DNA from: Candidatus Bipolaricaulota bacterium
GTDB lineage: Bacteria; Bipolaricaulota; Bipolaricaulia; UBA7950; UBA9294
Length of the DNA: 64,000 nt
Assembly (NCBI GenBank): GCA_028278555.1
Contig: JANQEA010000035.1
Span: forward strand, 152,089-216,088
Direction: 5' to 3'
Shown here: in pieces, positions 37,057 to 46,110 of the stretch
Layout: each line of letters opens with the position of its first letter
How positions within the stretch are numbered: position 1 is the first letter of the stretch
Notes under the pieces: generated by a model
What the model was told of the DNA's origin: nothing
Database searches by the model: none
Seen by the model: the letters and a program-made list of their open reading frames with translations, nothing else
Position numbers and translations under genes: made by a program

Positions 37057-37085
37057 TTGACAAGGCCTGGGGACCGGCCTATAGT
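37057..37085 (+). promoter_or_regulatory. Consensus sigma70-type promoter (TTGACA-17-TATAGT)
   Basis: TTGACA 37057-37062, an exact 17-nt spacer, then TATAGT 37080-37085, inside the 750-nt intergenic region between the divergent rluA-like and ABC SBP genes. Confidence 0.5.
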
Positions 37086-37098
37086 GGCCGCGATATGC

Positions 37099-37163
37099 TA
37101 GAAGCAGGTAGTCCTCGGATGAGCCGGATGGGTTCGAGCGGCGTCTGCTTCTATTGGTTTTGG
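37099..37163 (+). ncRNA. Candidate short transcript / attenuator: long hairpin closed by TAGAAGCAG…CTGCTTCTA followed by a TTGGTTTTGG tract
   Basis: The hairpin starts about 10 nt after the predicted TSS. A U-rich run follows the 3' arm, about 260 nt upstream of the SBP start codon. Further hairpins (GCCCGCCCGCGAG…CTCGCGGGCGG, GACGATC…GATCGTC, GGTCC-GAA-GGACC) follow in the leader. Confidence 0.3.
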
Positions 37164-37424
37164 TACGAGTCCGGCTCCCGCGCTGCACGCTAGCCACGAC
37201 TAGCTAGCAAGAGCAGCGAAGGGGCCGGAAGACGACTGCGGGCAACCGCGGTCTTTTCTTTTTGCGCGGAGGTGACAGGAAGCAGGAAGCGAGTCGGAAC
37301 AGGCCCGCCCGCGAGCGCGCTTGAGAAGCGTTCCCCTCGCGGGCGGACACGGATGGACGATCGGTGCAGATCGTCCGGGTTCGGTCCGAAGGACCACCGC
37401 AAGGATAACGCGGAAGGAGACGAA

Positions 37425-38426
37425 GTGAAACGGATCATTGCGGTTGCACTACTAGGACTTGTTGTCCTCAACGTTGGATTCGCGGCGGCGGCAGCCCCGT
37501 TGAAGATCGGGATCTGCAAGATCGTCGAACATCCGGCGCTCGATGCGGTCGAACAGGGAGTCATCGACACCCTGACGGCCGCCGGATATGTCGAAGGAGT
37601 CGATGTCGAGTACCTGATCGCCAGCGCCCAGGGAGACTTCGGCACGGCGATCTCCATCGCGCAGAACTTTCTAGCCCAGAACGTCGATCTCGTCGTCGCC
37701 ATCGCCACACCGACGGCGCAGGCGGCGGTCGAGGTCTTCCGGGGCACGGACACACCGATCATCTACGGCGCCGTGACGGATCCGGTCGGGGCCGAGCTTG
37801 TGCCGAGCGCCACCGACCCGAGCGGGAACGAAAACGTGACCGGGGTCTCTGACATGATCCCCGTCGCGGCGCACCTCCGGCTCCTGAAGGAGCTGTCACC
37901 CGACATCGTCAGGATCGGAATCGTCTACAACCCGGGAGAAGCAAACTCGGCGATCCTAACGGAGATGGCCCTCGCTGCTGCGTCGGACGTCGGTGTCGAG
38001 ATCGTCACGGCGTCGGCCGATTCGACGGCGAACGTCCCGCTCGCCGCCCAGTCGCTGATCGGACGGGTCGACGCGTTCTACGTCACCACGGACAACACGG
38101 TCGTCTCGGCGATCGACTCCGTCCTGGCGGCGTCCGAGGAAGCAAAGGTTCCTTTCCTAATGGCCGATCCGACGAGCCTCGCGCAGGCGACGCTCGCCGC
38201 CGGCTTCGACTACTACGAGCATGGCTTGACCGTCGGGCAGATTGTCTTGGACGTCCTCTCCGGAGTAGGAACCGACGAGATCCCGGTGACGTACCAGCCG
38301 ACCGCCGAGGTTCACCTGAACATCGATGCGGCAGCACGGATCGGGTTCGTCTTCTCACAGGCGGTGCTCGATCAGGCCTCGGCGATCCTGTACGGCGGGA
38401 TCATCTGGGAGAAGAAACAGCCCTAG
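37425..38426 (+). CDS. ABC transporter substrate-binding protein (ABC_sub_bind / uncharacterised ABC-type periplasmic component family)
   Basis: GTG start at 37425 with a GGAGAC SD, and a signal peptide (KRIIAVALLGLVVLNVGFAAAAA). Confidence 0.85.
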   Translation: MKRIIAVALLGLVVLNVGFAAAAAPLKIGICKIVEHPALDAVEQGVIDTLTAAGYVEGVDVEYLIASAQGDFGTAISIAQNFLAQNVDLVVAIATPTAQAAVEVFRGTDTPIIYGAVTDPVGAELVPSATDPSGNENVTGVSDMIPVAAHLRLLKELSPDIVRIGIVYNPGEANSAILTEMALAAASDVGVEIVTASADSTANVPLAAQSLIGRVDAFYVTTDNTVVSAIDSVLAASEEAKVPFLMADPTSLAQATLAAGFDYYEHGLTVGQIVLDVLSGVGTDEIPVTYQPTAEVHLNIDAAARIGFVFSQAVLDQASAILYGGIIWEKKQP

Positions 38427-38454
38427 TACCGGGGCAAGCAGCGACGGAGGAACG

Positions 38455-39354
38455 ATGGCTGTCCTGTGGATTCACGCGGTCGAACAAGGCCTCGCCTACG
38501 GCATCGCAGCGCTGGGTGTCTTTCTAACCTATCGCGTGCTGAAGTTCCCCGACCTGACGGTCGATGGGAGTTTCGTGACCGGGGCGGCCATCGCTTCCGT
38601 CCTCCTGATCCGATACGGCGTCGACCCGTTCACGGTCCTTCTGGTCGCGTTCGTCGCCGGAGGGATCGCCGGATTGATCACCGGGCTCCTCAACACGCGT
38701 TTGGGGATCACGAACCTCCTCGCCGGCGTGTTGACGATGATCATGCTCTACTCGATCAATCTGCGGATCATGGGACGTCCGAACCTGTCGCTTCTCCGAG
38801 TCTCGACGGCGACGCGGATCGTCGATGCCGCCTGGTCGCCGCTCGGCGCGTTCTCCGTCCTCGCGTTCATCGCGATCCTGACGATTGCGATCAAGTTCCT
38901 TCTCGACGCCTTCCTTCGCACGGAAGTCGGCTTCGCGCTCCGCGCGACCGGCGACAGCGAACGGATGATCACGGCGCAGGGGGTGAATACGAAGACGATG
39001 AAGATCCTTGGATTGGCGCTTTCCAACGGGCTTGTCGCGCTCTCCGGCGCGTTGGTCGCCCAGTACAGCGGCTTCGCCGACGTCGGGATGGGACTCGGGA
39101 CGATCGTCACCGGGCTCGCTGCAGTGATTATCGGTGGAACGCTGATCCGATCGAGTCGCGTCGGATGGATGACCGCCGGCGTTCTCCTCGGTTCGCTCGT
39201 CTACCGGATCGCCGTCATCCTCGCCCTCCGATACGGCTACGTCATCGGGTTCCAGGCGAGCGACTTGAAGCTGATCACGTCGCTTCTCGTCATCCTCGCC
39301 CTCGTTGTCCCGTACCTTCGGGAGCGGCGGATGCGGAAGGTGAGCGCATGCTGA
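38455..39354 (+). CDS. ABC transporter permease (companion of the ABC_sub_bind system)
   Basis: ATG at 38455 with a GGAGGAAC SD, and about 8 TM helices. Confidence 0.85.
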   Translation: MAVLWIHAVEQGLAYGIAALGVFLTYRVLKFPDLTVDGSFVTGAAIASVLLIRYGVDPFTVLLVAFVAGGIAGLITGLLNTRLGITNLLAGVLTMIMLYSINLRIMGRPNLSLLRVSTATRIVDAAWSPLGAFSVLAFIAILTIAIKFLLDAFLRTEVGFALRATGDSERMITAQGVNTKTMKILGLALSNGLVALSGALVAQYSGFADVGMGLGTIVTGLAAVIIGGTLIRSSRVGWMTAGVLLGSLVYRIAVILALRYGYVIGFQASDLKLITSLLVILALVVPYLRERRMRKVSAC

Positions 39355-40136
39355 GCCTCGAACGCCTGTCGAAGACTTTCCAGACCGCCGCCGATCGGGT
39401 CGTCGCGATTCGCGAGACCGACCTGCACCTGGAAGAGGGAGACTTCCTGACGATCATCGGATCGAACGGTGCCGGGAAGAGCACGCTCCTCAACCTGATC
39501 GCGGGAAGCTATCCGCCGACCTCCGGGCGGATCGTGCTAAGAGGCGTCGACTTGACCGGTATCCCGGCCCATCGGAGGGCACGGCGGATCGGTCGGATCG
39601 TTCAGGATCCGCTCGCCGGGACGGCCCCTTCGATGACGGTCGCAGAGAACCTTGCCCTGGCGATGAAACGGGGCCGCCGGTCCCTTCGGCTGGCCCTCCC
39701 TCGAAGGCTCCGCCGCCGCTTCCGCGAGCAACTCACCGCCCTGAACGTCGGGTTGGAGGATCGCCTCCGATGCCGGGTCGATCTCCTCTCCGGTGGGGAG
39801 CGCCAGGCCCTCGCCGTCCTGATGGCCACGCTCGTCCCGCCCGAAGTTCTGCTCCTCGACGAGCACACCGCAGCGCTCGATCCGAGCAACGCTGCGATGA
39901 TCGTCCGACTGACGCGATCGTTCGTCGAACGTCTCAATCTGACGACCCTGATGGTCACCCACAACATGGAGCAGGCGATCGACGTCGGAACGCGTCTGAT
40001 CATGATGCACAAGGGGGAGATCATCGAGGAGCTCCACGGGGTGGAGAAGAGCCAGGCGACCGTTCCACAGCTCGTCGACCTCTTCTCGCAGCACCACGTC
40101 GTCGACGACGAGCTTCTCCTCGAACGGGTCGTCTAG
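39348..40136 (+). CDS. ABC transporter ATP-binding protein
   Basis: GSNGAGKST Walker A, LSGGERQAL signature and LLLDEHTAALD Walker B. It overlaps the permease stop by 7 nt. Confidence 0.9.
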   Translation: MLSLERLSKTFQTAADRVVAIRETDLHLEEGDFLTIIGSNGAGKSTLLNLIAGSYPPTSGRIVLRGVDLTGIPAHRRARRIGRIVQDPLAGTAPSMTVAENLALAMKRGRRSLRLALPRRLRRRFREQLTALNVGLEDRLRCRVDLLSGGERQALAVLMATLVPPEVLLLDEHTAALDPSNAAMIVRLTRSFVERLNLTTLMVTHNMEQAIDVGTRLIMMHKGEIIEELHGVEKSQATVPQLVDLFSQHHVVDDELLLERVV

Positions 40137-40801
40137 TCCGACTTCGCCGGCCAACCGACCGGCATGATCGCCAGCGGATCTTCGGTGATCGCGAGATTGA
40201 TCTTCACCGCTTCATCGACGAACGCTCCGACGATCACCGTCCCGAGTCCGTGTGCGCCGGCCTGGAGATAGATGTTCTGGCAGACGTGTCCAACCTCGAT
40301 GTGAACGTAGCGTTCGGTACGATCTCCGTACTTGCCCGCGGTCCGGTCGAAATCGGCTACGATGACGATCATCGCCGGAGCGTCGGCCATCCAAACCTGA
40401 CCGTGCGCGGCAATCGCCACCTCGAATCGCCAATCGCCCTCGCGATGGAATTCGAGCCGGTGCCCGGACGGTTCGTAGCGGTAGATCCCCGGATCGACCC
40501 CATCCACGTTCCCGACGACCACGAAGATCTCGAGCGGGTAGAGCGCTCCGGCCGACGGGGCGGTCCGTCCGCCCCAGACGGACGTAATCCCCTGCGCCGC
40601 CCAAAGGATCTGACCAAGCTCCTCGAGTGAGAGCGGCACGTCCTGGTAGTCGCGGATCGAGCGCCGCGAGGCGAGGGCGCTCTCGACGCTCACTTCCCCG
40701 TCGAACCGCGGCTCCGGAAGATGGACGTCCTCGGCGAACAGGCATACGGAAACGCCGATCAGGAGAAACAAGCAAAACGCAGAACCTATCATCGTCTTCA
40801 C
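40133..40801 (-). CDS. SagB-type dehydrogenase (nitroreductase superfamily) with an N-terminal signal/TM anchor
   Basis: The GTG at 40801 (VKTMIGSAFCLFLLIG…) follows AAGGGAGG. The core (…RRSIRDY…RTAPSAGALYPLE…YVHIEVGHVCQNIYLQAGAHGLG…) matches the SagB/ThcOx domain. Confidence 0.8.
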   Translation of the reverse strand: MKTMIGSAFCLFLLIGVSVCLFAEDVHLPEPRFDGEVSVESALASRRSIRDYQDVPLSLEELGQILWAAQGITSVWGGRTAPSAGALYPLEIFVVVGNVDGVDPGIYRYEPSGHRLEFHREGDWRFEVAIAAHGQVWMADAPAMIVIVADFDRTAGKYGDRTERYVHIEVGHVCQNIYLQAGAHGLGTVIVGAFVDEAVKINLAITEDPLAIMPVGWPAKSD

Positions 40802-40897
40802 AAGCGGCCTCCCTTGCATTCAGAGACTCGCTACGACACCCACCCAGGGAAGCGTCCTATGCTTCCCCGACGTGATGGCTGCGCCGAAGCGCAGCCA

Positions 40898-42364
40898 TCA
40901 CGCCTTCATCACTCCGATCTGCACGTTCCGGAACCGGGCCGGCGCCGTCCCGTGGCCGGTATGCGCCCGTTGACCGGGCTGCCCCTTGCCGCAGTTCGCC
41001 GTTCCCCAGACGTTCCAGTGATCGGCATTGCAGACCGCATCGCAGTTGCCCCAGAACTCGGGCGTGATCCCGGTGTAGGTCGCGTTCTTCAGCATCCGCC
41101 CGAGCTTCCCGCTCTTGACCTCATAGGCAAGCTCGGTCCCGAATTGGAAGTTGAGCCGGCGATCGTCGATCGACCAGCTCTTGTTCGTCAGCATGTAGAC
41201 CCCGTCGTCCGTGTCGGCGATCAGGTCGTCGAGCGACCAGTCCCCGGGCATCAGGCTCACGTTGTTCATCCGGATGATCGGCACCCGGTTCCATCCGTCG
41301 GCCCGCATCGTCCCGTTGCTCCGTTCCGGAGCATCCGGGTGGATCGTCCGGAGCTGGCTCGCCGACTCCCGCGAGGTCAGGTACCCGACGAAGACCCCTT
41401 CTCGGACGATGTCGGTCTTCTGACCGGGGACGCCCTCGTCGTCGTAGCCGTAGGTCCCAAGCCCGGTCGGGGTGATCGCATCGGAGACGAGGTTGACGAC
41501 CTCCGAGCCGTAGCGGTACGTCCCGTACTTCTCCGGGGTAAGGAAGCTCGTTCCGGCAAACGCCGCCTCGGTCCCGAAGACCCGATCGAGCTCGATCGGA
41601 TGCCCACACGACTCGTGGACCTGGAGAGCCAGCTGAGGCCCATCGAGGATCAGCGTCGTCGTCGCGCTCGGACACTGCGGCGCCGACAGCAGGGCGACCG
41701 CCTCTTCGGCCGTTTGTCTCGCGTGCCCGGGGAGATCCCACGCACGGATGAACTCGTAGCCGGCCGTTCCCTGATGTCTCCCGAATGAATTCGGGTAGCT
41801 ACGCTGCTGCACTTCTCCCTCGGCGATTGCACGGACGGTGATACCAAGCCCCGACTCGACAATCGTCTGCTCGATGAAGCTCCCCTCGCTGCTGGCGAAC
41901 GTCTTCGTCTCTCGCAGGAATCCCATCGTCCCCTGGGCGATTGCCACGCCGCTGACGGCTCTCGCCTCCTTGTCGGCGGTGAGGAGGACTTCGATCTTCT
42001 CCTCCAGCGAGACCTCGAACGGATCGATCTCGAACGGAGTCCGGTAGGTATCGACGTGGACTTCGGGCGGGCCGAGGTTCACGTCTGCTTCCTTCACCCG
42101 GGCGCTCGCCATTGCGATCTCGACCGCTCGCGCCGCCACCCGGTCGATCTCATCGATCGTCAGCCGGTTGCTCGAGGCGAAACCCCACGCTCCATTGGCG
42201 ATGACCCGGACGCCGAACCCGAAGTCCTCGTCGAGGGTGAGGGTCTGGACGATCCCGTTCTTCACGCCGATATCTTGGTTCTCGCGACGGACGATCCGGA
42301 TGTCTGCATATGTTGCGCCGCCGCTCTGTGCCGTGTCGAGTGCTCGATCGGTGTATTCGCGCAT
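40898..42364 (-). CDS. tldD: TldD-family metalloprotease
   Basis: 488 aa with TldD/PmbA fold signatures including …HESCGHPIELDR…. It lies 17 nt downstream of the pmbA-like gene. Confidence 0.9.
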   Translation of the reverse strand: MREYTDRALDTAQSGGATYADIRIVRRENQDIGVKNGIVQTLTLDEDFGFGVRVIANGAWGFASSNRLTIDEIDRVAARAVEIAMASARVKEADVNLGPPEVHVDTYRTPFEIDPFEVSLEEKIEVLLTADKEARAVSGVAIAQGTMGFLRETKTFASSEGSFIEQTIVESGLGITVRAIAEGEVQQRSYPNSFGRHQGTAGYEFIRAWDLPGHARQTAEEAVALLSAPQCPSATTTLILDGPQLALQVHESCGHPIELDRVFGTEAAFAGTSFLTPEKYGTYRYGSEVVNLVSDAITPTGLGTYGYDDEGVPGQKTDIVREGVFVGYLTSRESASQLRTIHPDAPERSNGTMRADGWNRVPIIRMNNVSLMPGDWSLDDLIADTDDGVYMLTNKSWSIDDRRLNFQFGTELAYEVKSGKLGRMLKNATYTGITPEFWGNCDAVCNADHWNVWGTANCGKGQPGQRAHTGHGTAPARFRNVQIGVMKA

Positions 42365-42381
42365 TTGGTTTCCCCTCCTCT

Positions 42382-43728
42382 CTAGAAGTCGGTCGTCCCG
42401 GTGAACCGGAACCCACGGATTTTCGCGGCCGGCGCAAACGTCACGATGTTGCCGAATCCCGCCTGGACCGGCTTCGCTTCGCGGCCGAGCGCCTCGACGT
42501 TCTCGAACGCTCCGAGGATGCTCTGCGTGAATCGAAGGTTCTTGAGCGGTTTCGTCACCTTCCCGTTCTCGATCAGGAATGTCCCGTCGCGCGTCATGCC
42601 GGTGAAGATCGTCTTCACCGGGTGGACCGGGTTCGTGTAGTGGAACCGTGTCACCCAGATTCCGCGCTCCGTCGACGCGATCATCTCGTCGATCGACGCC
42701 GACCCCGGAGACATCGCCAAGTGAATCGGGATCGGGCCGAGCGCATTCGGCGCCGCCAGCGCATGGCCGGTCGATGCCTTTCCCTCTTCCCGACCGGCGG
42801 TGAACGAGTCGTAGACGACGCTCCTCGCGATGCCGTTCTCGATCAGCGAGACCTGCTGTCTCGGGACCCCCTCGAAATCGAACGGAAGTGGAAAGCCCCG
42901 AGGGTCGAGGCCATTGTCCCGGATGGTGATTGCGTCGCCGGTGATCGCCTCCCCGAAGCGATCGTTCATGAAGCTCCGCTTCTCCTGAACGGAGAGCGCG
43001 CCGAGGCCGAGATATCCGAGGAAGAAGACCATGTTCGCGACAGCGGACTCTTCGAGGATCACCGTATACTCGCCGGGCTCGATCTTGACCGGATCGGCGC
43101 TCCGAACCGCCTTCTCGACGGCGATCCGGCCGACTTCCGTCGGGTCGAGGCCGGCGACGTCCTGTGCGGCCTCCGAACCATAGCCGGAGCCCGTCTCGCC
43201 CATCACGACGGTCATGACGTTCGCGGTCGTTCCGGCGTGATAGGCGCGGACCCCGAGCGAATTGCCGACGAACAGCTCGTTCGCGCTCGTCGAGAAAGCG
43301 CCCGAGGCCTCGAGGCCGTTCGCCTTCGCCTGCCGGACGATCGAACCGACACCCTCGGCACGCGTTTCGGGCGAGCAGGCGGCCGTCGACTCGACGTAGG
43401 CATTGACCGGTTGAATCGGATTGGGCTCGGGGAGAGATCGAAACTCCGGGTTCTCCTGCTGAAAGCCGGCTGCCGTCTCCGCGTTCCGGACGAGCTCGGT
43501 CAACGCAGCGTCCGTGATGTCGTTCCCCGTCGCCACACCGATCCGCTTTCCGAGGATCGATCGGACGCGCACGTTCACGTCCGTCTCCGCGACATTCTGA
43601 TGGATCGTGTTCATCGCGAACCGCGTCAGCGCTTGATCCTGGGTCGTGACCAGAACCTCCGTCTGATCCGCCGTTGCCGCGCCGAGGACAGCCTCGACAA
43701 TCGTTCTTAGTCGTGCTTCGCCTAGCAC
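42382..43728 (-). CDS. pmbA: PmbA/TldE-family protein (TldD partner)
   Basis: Start moved to the GTG at 43728 (VLGEARLRTIVEAVL…), which has AAGGGGG 5 nt upstream. The 48 aa upstream in the track ORF are Arg/Pro-rich and non-protein-like. Confidence 0.8.
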   Translation of the reverse strand: MLGEARLRTIVEAVLGAATADQTEVLVTTQDQALTRFAMNTIHQNVAETDVNVRVRSILGKRIGVATGNDITDAALTELVRNAETAAGFQQENPEFRSLPEPNPIQPVNAYVESTAACSPETRAEGVGSIVRQAKANGLEASGAFSTSANELFVGNSLGVRAYHAGTTANVMTVVMGETGSGYGSEAAQDVAGLDPTEVGRIAVEKAVRSADPVKIEPGEYTVILEESAVANMVFFLGYLGLGALSVQEKRSFMNDRFGEAITGDAITIRDNGLDPRGFPLPFDFEGVPRQQVSLIENGIARSVVYDSFTAGREEGKASTGHALAAPNALGPIPIHLAMSPGSASIDEMIASTERGIWVTRFHYTNPVHPVKTIFTGMTRDGTFLIENGKVTKPLKNLRFTQSILGAFENVEALGREAKPVQAGFGNIVTFAPAAKIRGFRFTGTTDF

Positions 43729-43984
43729 CTTCGCCCCCTTCGTACGGTCGTTGATCGAAGTCCGCTCAGGAGAGTACCGAGCGGCCGGCGTCGCCGCCAG
43801 AGGAGGACGAGAACGAGTCACCGCTCGTTCTCGCGACGTGCGCCCTCGCAGCGTGCATCGCCGATTCGTCATCCGTCATGAGAAGCGAGGCGTTCGGCCA
43901 TCAGCCGATCCAGAGATACGAGCCATTGCTCGTTTCTCTCCCGCGACTCCGAAGGAGTCGCGCACTATACTGACGGCAGTGACC

Positions 43985-44671
43985 ATGGCAACGAAGGTCC
44001 TGGTTGTCGACGACGAACCCTGGGTCGTTCAGGCGGTCCGGAGCTACCTCGAGGAGGCACACTTCGAGGTGATCAGCGCGTACAACGGTGCCGAGGCGTT
44101 GACGCAATTCGACCGGCACGAGCCCGACCTGATCATCCTCGACTGGATGCTTCCCGAGCTCGACGGCCTGTCGGTAGCGCAGCGGATCCGCCACACGTCG
44201 AACGTCCCGATCATCATGCTGACCGCCAAGGTCGACGAAGAGGATCGGATCGCGGGCCTGGAGACCGGCGCCGACGACTACGTTGTCAAGCCGTTCAGCG
44301 CGCGGGAATTGGAGGCCCGCGTTCGTGCCGTCCTCCGTCGTTCGGCCGGTCGGAAGGCACCGATCCTGGAAGTCGGGGATCTGAGGATCGATCAGGCCGA
44401 GCGCCGGGTCTGGATCCGAGGCGAGCCCGTGGAATTGACAGCGATGGAGTTCGACCTCCTCGCGTTCCTGATGACGCATCCCGGGCGCGTCTTCACGCGA
44501 CTCGAACTCCTCGAGGGGGTCCGGGGGGAGACCTACGAGAGCTTCGAGCGCTCGATCGACTCCCACATCAAACGCCTCCGGCAGAAGATCGAGCCGGACC
44601 CGAAGAGCCCTCGGTTCGTCCTGACCGTCTTTGGTGTCGGATACAAGCTCGCCAGGGAGGACGATCAGTGA
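43985..44671 (+). CDS. OmpR-family response regulator
   Basis: A receiver domain (VLVVDDEP…DLIILDWMLPELDG…) with a winged-helix output domain. Confidence 0.9.
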   Translation: MATKVLVVDDEPWVVQAVRSYLEEAHFEVISAYNGAEALTQFDRHEPDLIILDWMLPELDGLSVAQRIRHTSNVPIIMLTAKVDEEDRIAGLETGADDYVVKPFSARELEARVRAVLRRSAGRKAPILEVGDLRIDQAERRVWIRGEPVELTAMEFDLLAFLMTHPGRVFTRLELLEGVRGETYESFERSIDSHIKRLRQKIEPDPKSPRFVLTVFGVGYKLAREDDQ

Positions 44672-46005
44672 AGCTCTTCCGGAGGATGTCGTTTCAGACG
44701 AAGCTCCTCGCCGCGTTCATCGCGATCATTCTCCTGACGTCCGCCGCCGGGTACCTGTTCATCAATCAATCGGTGAAGCGCGCCTTCTCCGAGTTCGCCA
44801 CGTCGACGTACTCACCGCAGGAGCGGGCCGTCCTCGAGCTCGTCCGCACCTTCTATGAGCGGACCGGGGACCTGGAGTCCGTTCTCGACTTCCTCGGACG
44901 GGGCCGCCGCGAGGTCCCCGTTCTCCTCGCCGATCCGGAGAGAACGGTCGTCTACGCGCCCGACGAGCGATTCGTCGGGCGACGTCTCTCGGTCGACGAA
45001 CTCGCAGAGGGCACCGAGGTCGTTCTGGCGAACGGCGAAGTCTGGACGGTCATCCCCTCCCGGATCGTCCTCGGCCAGGAGATCGTCGAGCGCGGCTTCC
45101 TCTGGACGACCCGTCGAGCACTCTGGCTCGCCGGCTTCGTGGCGATCCTCGTCGCAGTTCTCCTCTCGTTCCTCCTCCTCCGGCAGATCACCCGACCACT
45201 ACGGCGCCTCGACACGGCGACCCGGCAGATCGCTCGCGGGGAATTCTCCGAGCGGGTGTCGATCGAGTCGTCCGACGAGATCGGTCGTCTCGCGCGCTCG
45301 TTCGACGAGATGGCGGAGAGCCTCGAACGGGCCGAGCGAACGAAGAAGCAGATGATCGCCGACGTCTCGCACGAGCTGCGAACGCCGCTTGCTGCGGTTC
45401 GGGGCGCGCTGGAGGGGCTCCGTGACGGACTGATCGAACCGACCTCCGAGACCCTTGCGTCGCTACATGACAAGATTCTGCTGACAACGCGGCTCGTTCG
45501 GGATCTCCATCAGCTGACGCTCGCCGACGCCGGCCGCCTGTCGATTCACCCGGCGCCATGCCGGATCGGTGAGATCGTCGGAACGATCGTCGAGACAATC
45601 GGCGTGCAGCTCGAGGATGCAAACATCCGGCTCGAGAAGCGGACGCCGGACAGTCTTCCGATGCTCATCGTCGATCGGCAGCGGATCGAGCAAGTCTTCC
45701 TCAACCTGCTCGCCAACGCGATCCGCCACACGCCGGAAGGCGGAACGATCTCGATCGAGGCACGCGAGCACACCGAAGGCGTTCTCACCAGCATCTGCGA
45801 CAGCGGGCCCGGCCTGGCGGAAGCCGACTTGGCGCACGTTTTCGACCGGTTCTACCGGGCTGATGACGCGCGGACGAGCGACAGCGGAGCCGGCCTCGGT
45901 CTCTCGATCGCCAAGGCGTTGGTCGACGCGCACGGAGGGCGGATCTGGGCTGAGAACGCGCCGTCCGGCGGCGCTTGCTTCCACGTTCTTCTCCCGACGG
46001 GGTAG
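44668..46005 (+). CDS. Sensor histidine kinase (2 TM, HAMP, HisKA, HATPase_c)
   Basis: ATGA overlap with the response regulator gene. H-box SHELRTPL, and N / G1 / G2 boxes present. Confidence 0.9.
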   Translation: MKLFRRMSFQTKLLAAFIAIILLTSAAGYLFINQSVKRAFSEFATSTYSPQERAVLELVRTFYERTGDLESVLDFLGRGRREVPVLLADPERTVVYAPDERFVGRRLSVDELAEGTEVVLANGEVWTVIPSRIVLGQEIVERGFLWTTRRALWLAGFVAILVAVLLSFLLLRQITRPLRRLDTATRQIARGEFSERVSIESSDEIGRLARSFDEMAESLERAERTKKQMIADVSHELRTPLAAVRGALEGLRDGLIEPTSETLASLHDKILLTTRLVRDLHQLTLADAGRLSIHPAPCRIGEIVGTIVETIGVQLEDANIRLEKRTPDSLPMLIVDRQRIEQVFLNLLANAIRHTPEGGTISIEAREHTEGVLTSICDSGPGLAEADLAHVFDRFYRADDARTSDSGAGLGLSIAKALVDAHGGRIWAENAPSGGACFHVLLPTG

Positions 46006-46110
46006 CCGTCCCCGATTCCCGTTCCGAGAAGAGACGTGCCGCCGTCCGTAGACGACGGCACGCGCGGGAACTGAACCGGTGGCCCAGAGGGCCGAGACTT
46101 GTCTTGGCTC

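Noticed and set aside
37166-37176. AGTCCGGCTCC resembling the RNase P RNA P4 motif (AGUCCGGGCUCC)
   Set aside because: One G is missing, and none of the other RNase P conserved regions (GGUAA-rich CR-II/III, the ACAGAACCCGGCUUA 3' strand) could be found nearby. It is probably a chance match within a structured leader.
38466-39347. Upstream 294 codons of track ORF 38466..40136
   Set aside because: This part is an alternate frame of the permease gene. The ATPase starts at the in-frame ATG at 39348, overlapping the permease stop.
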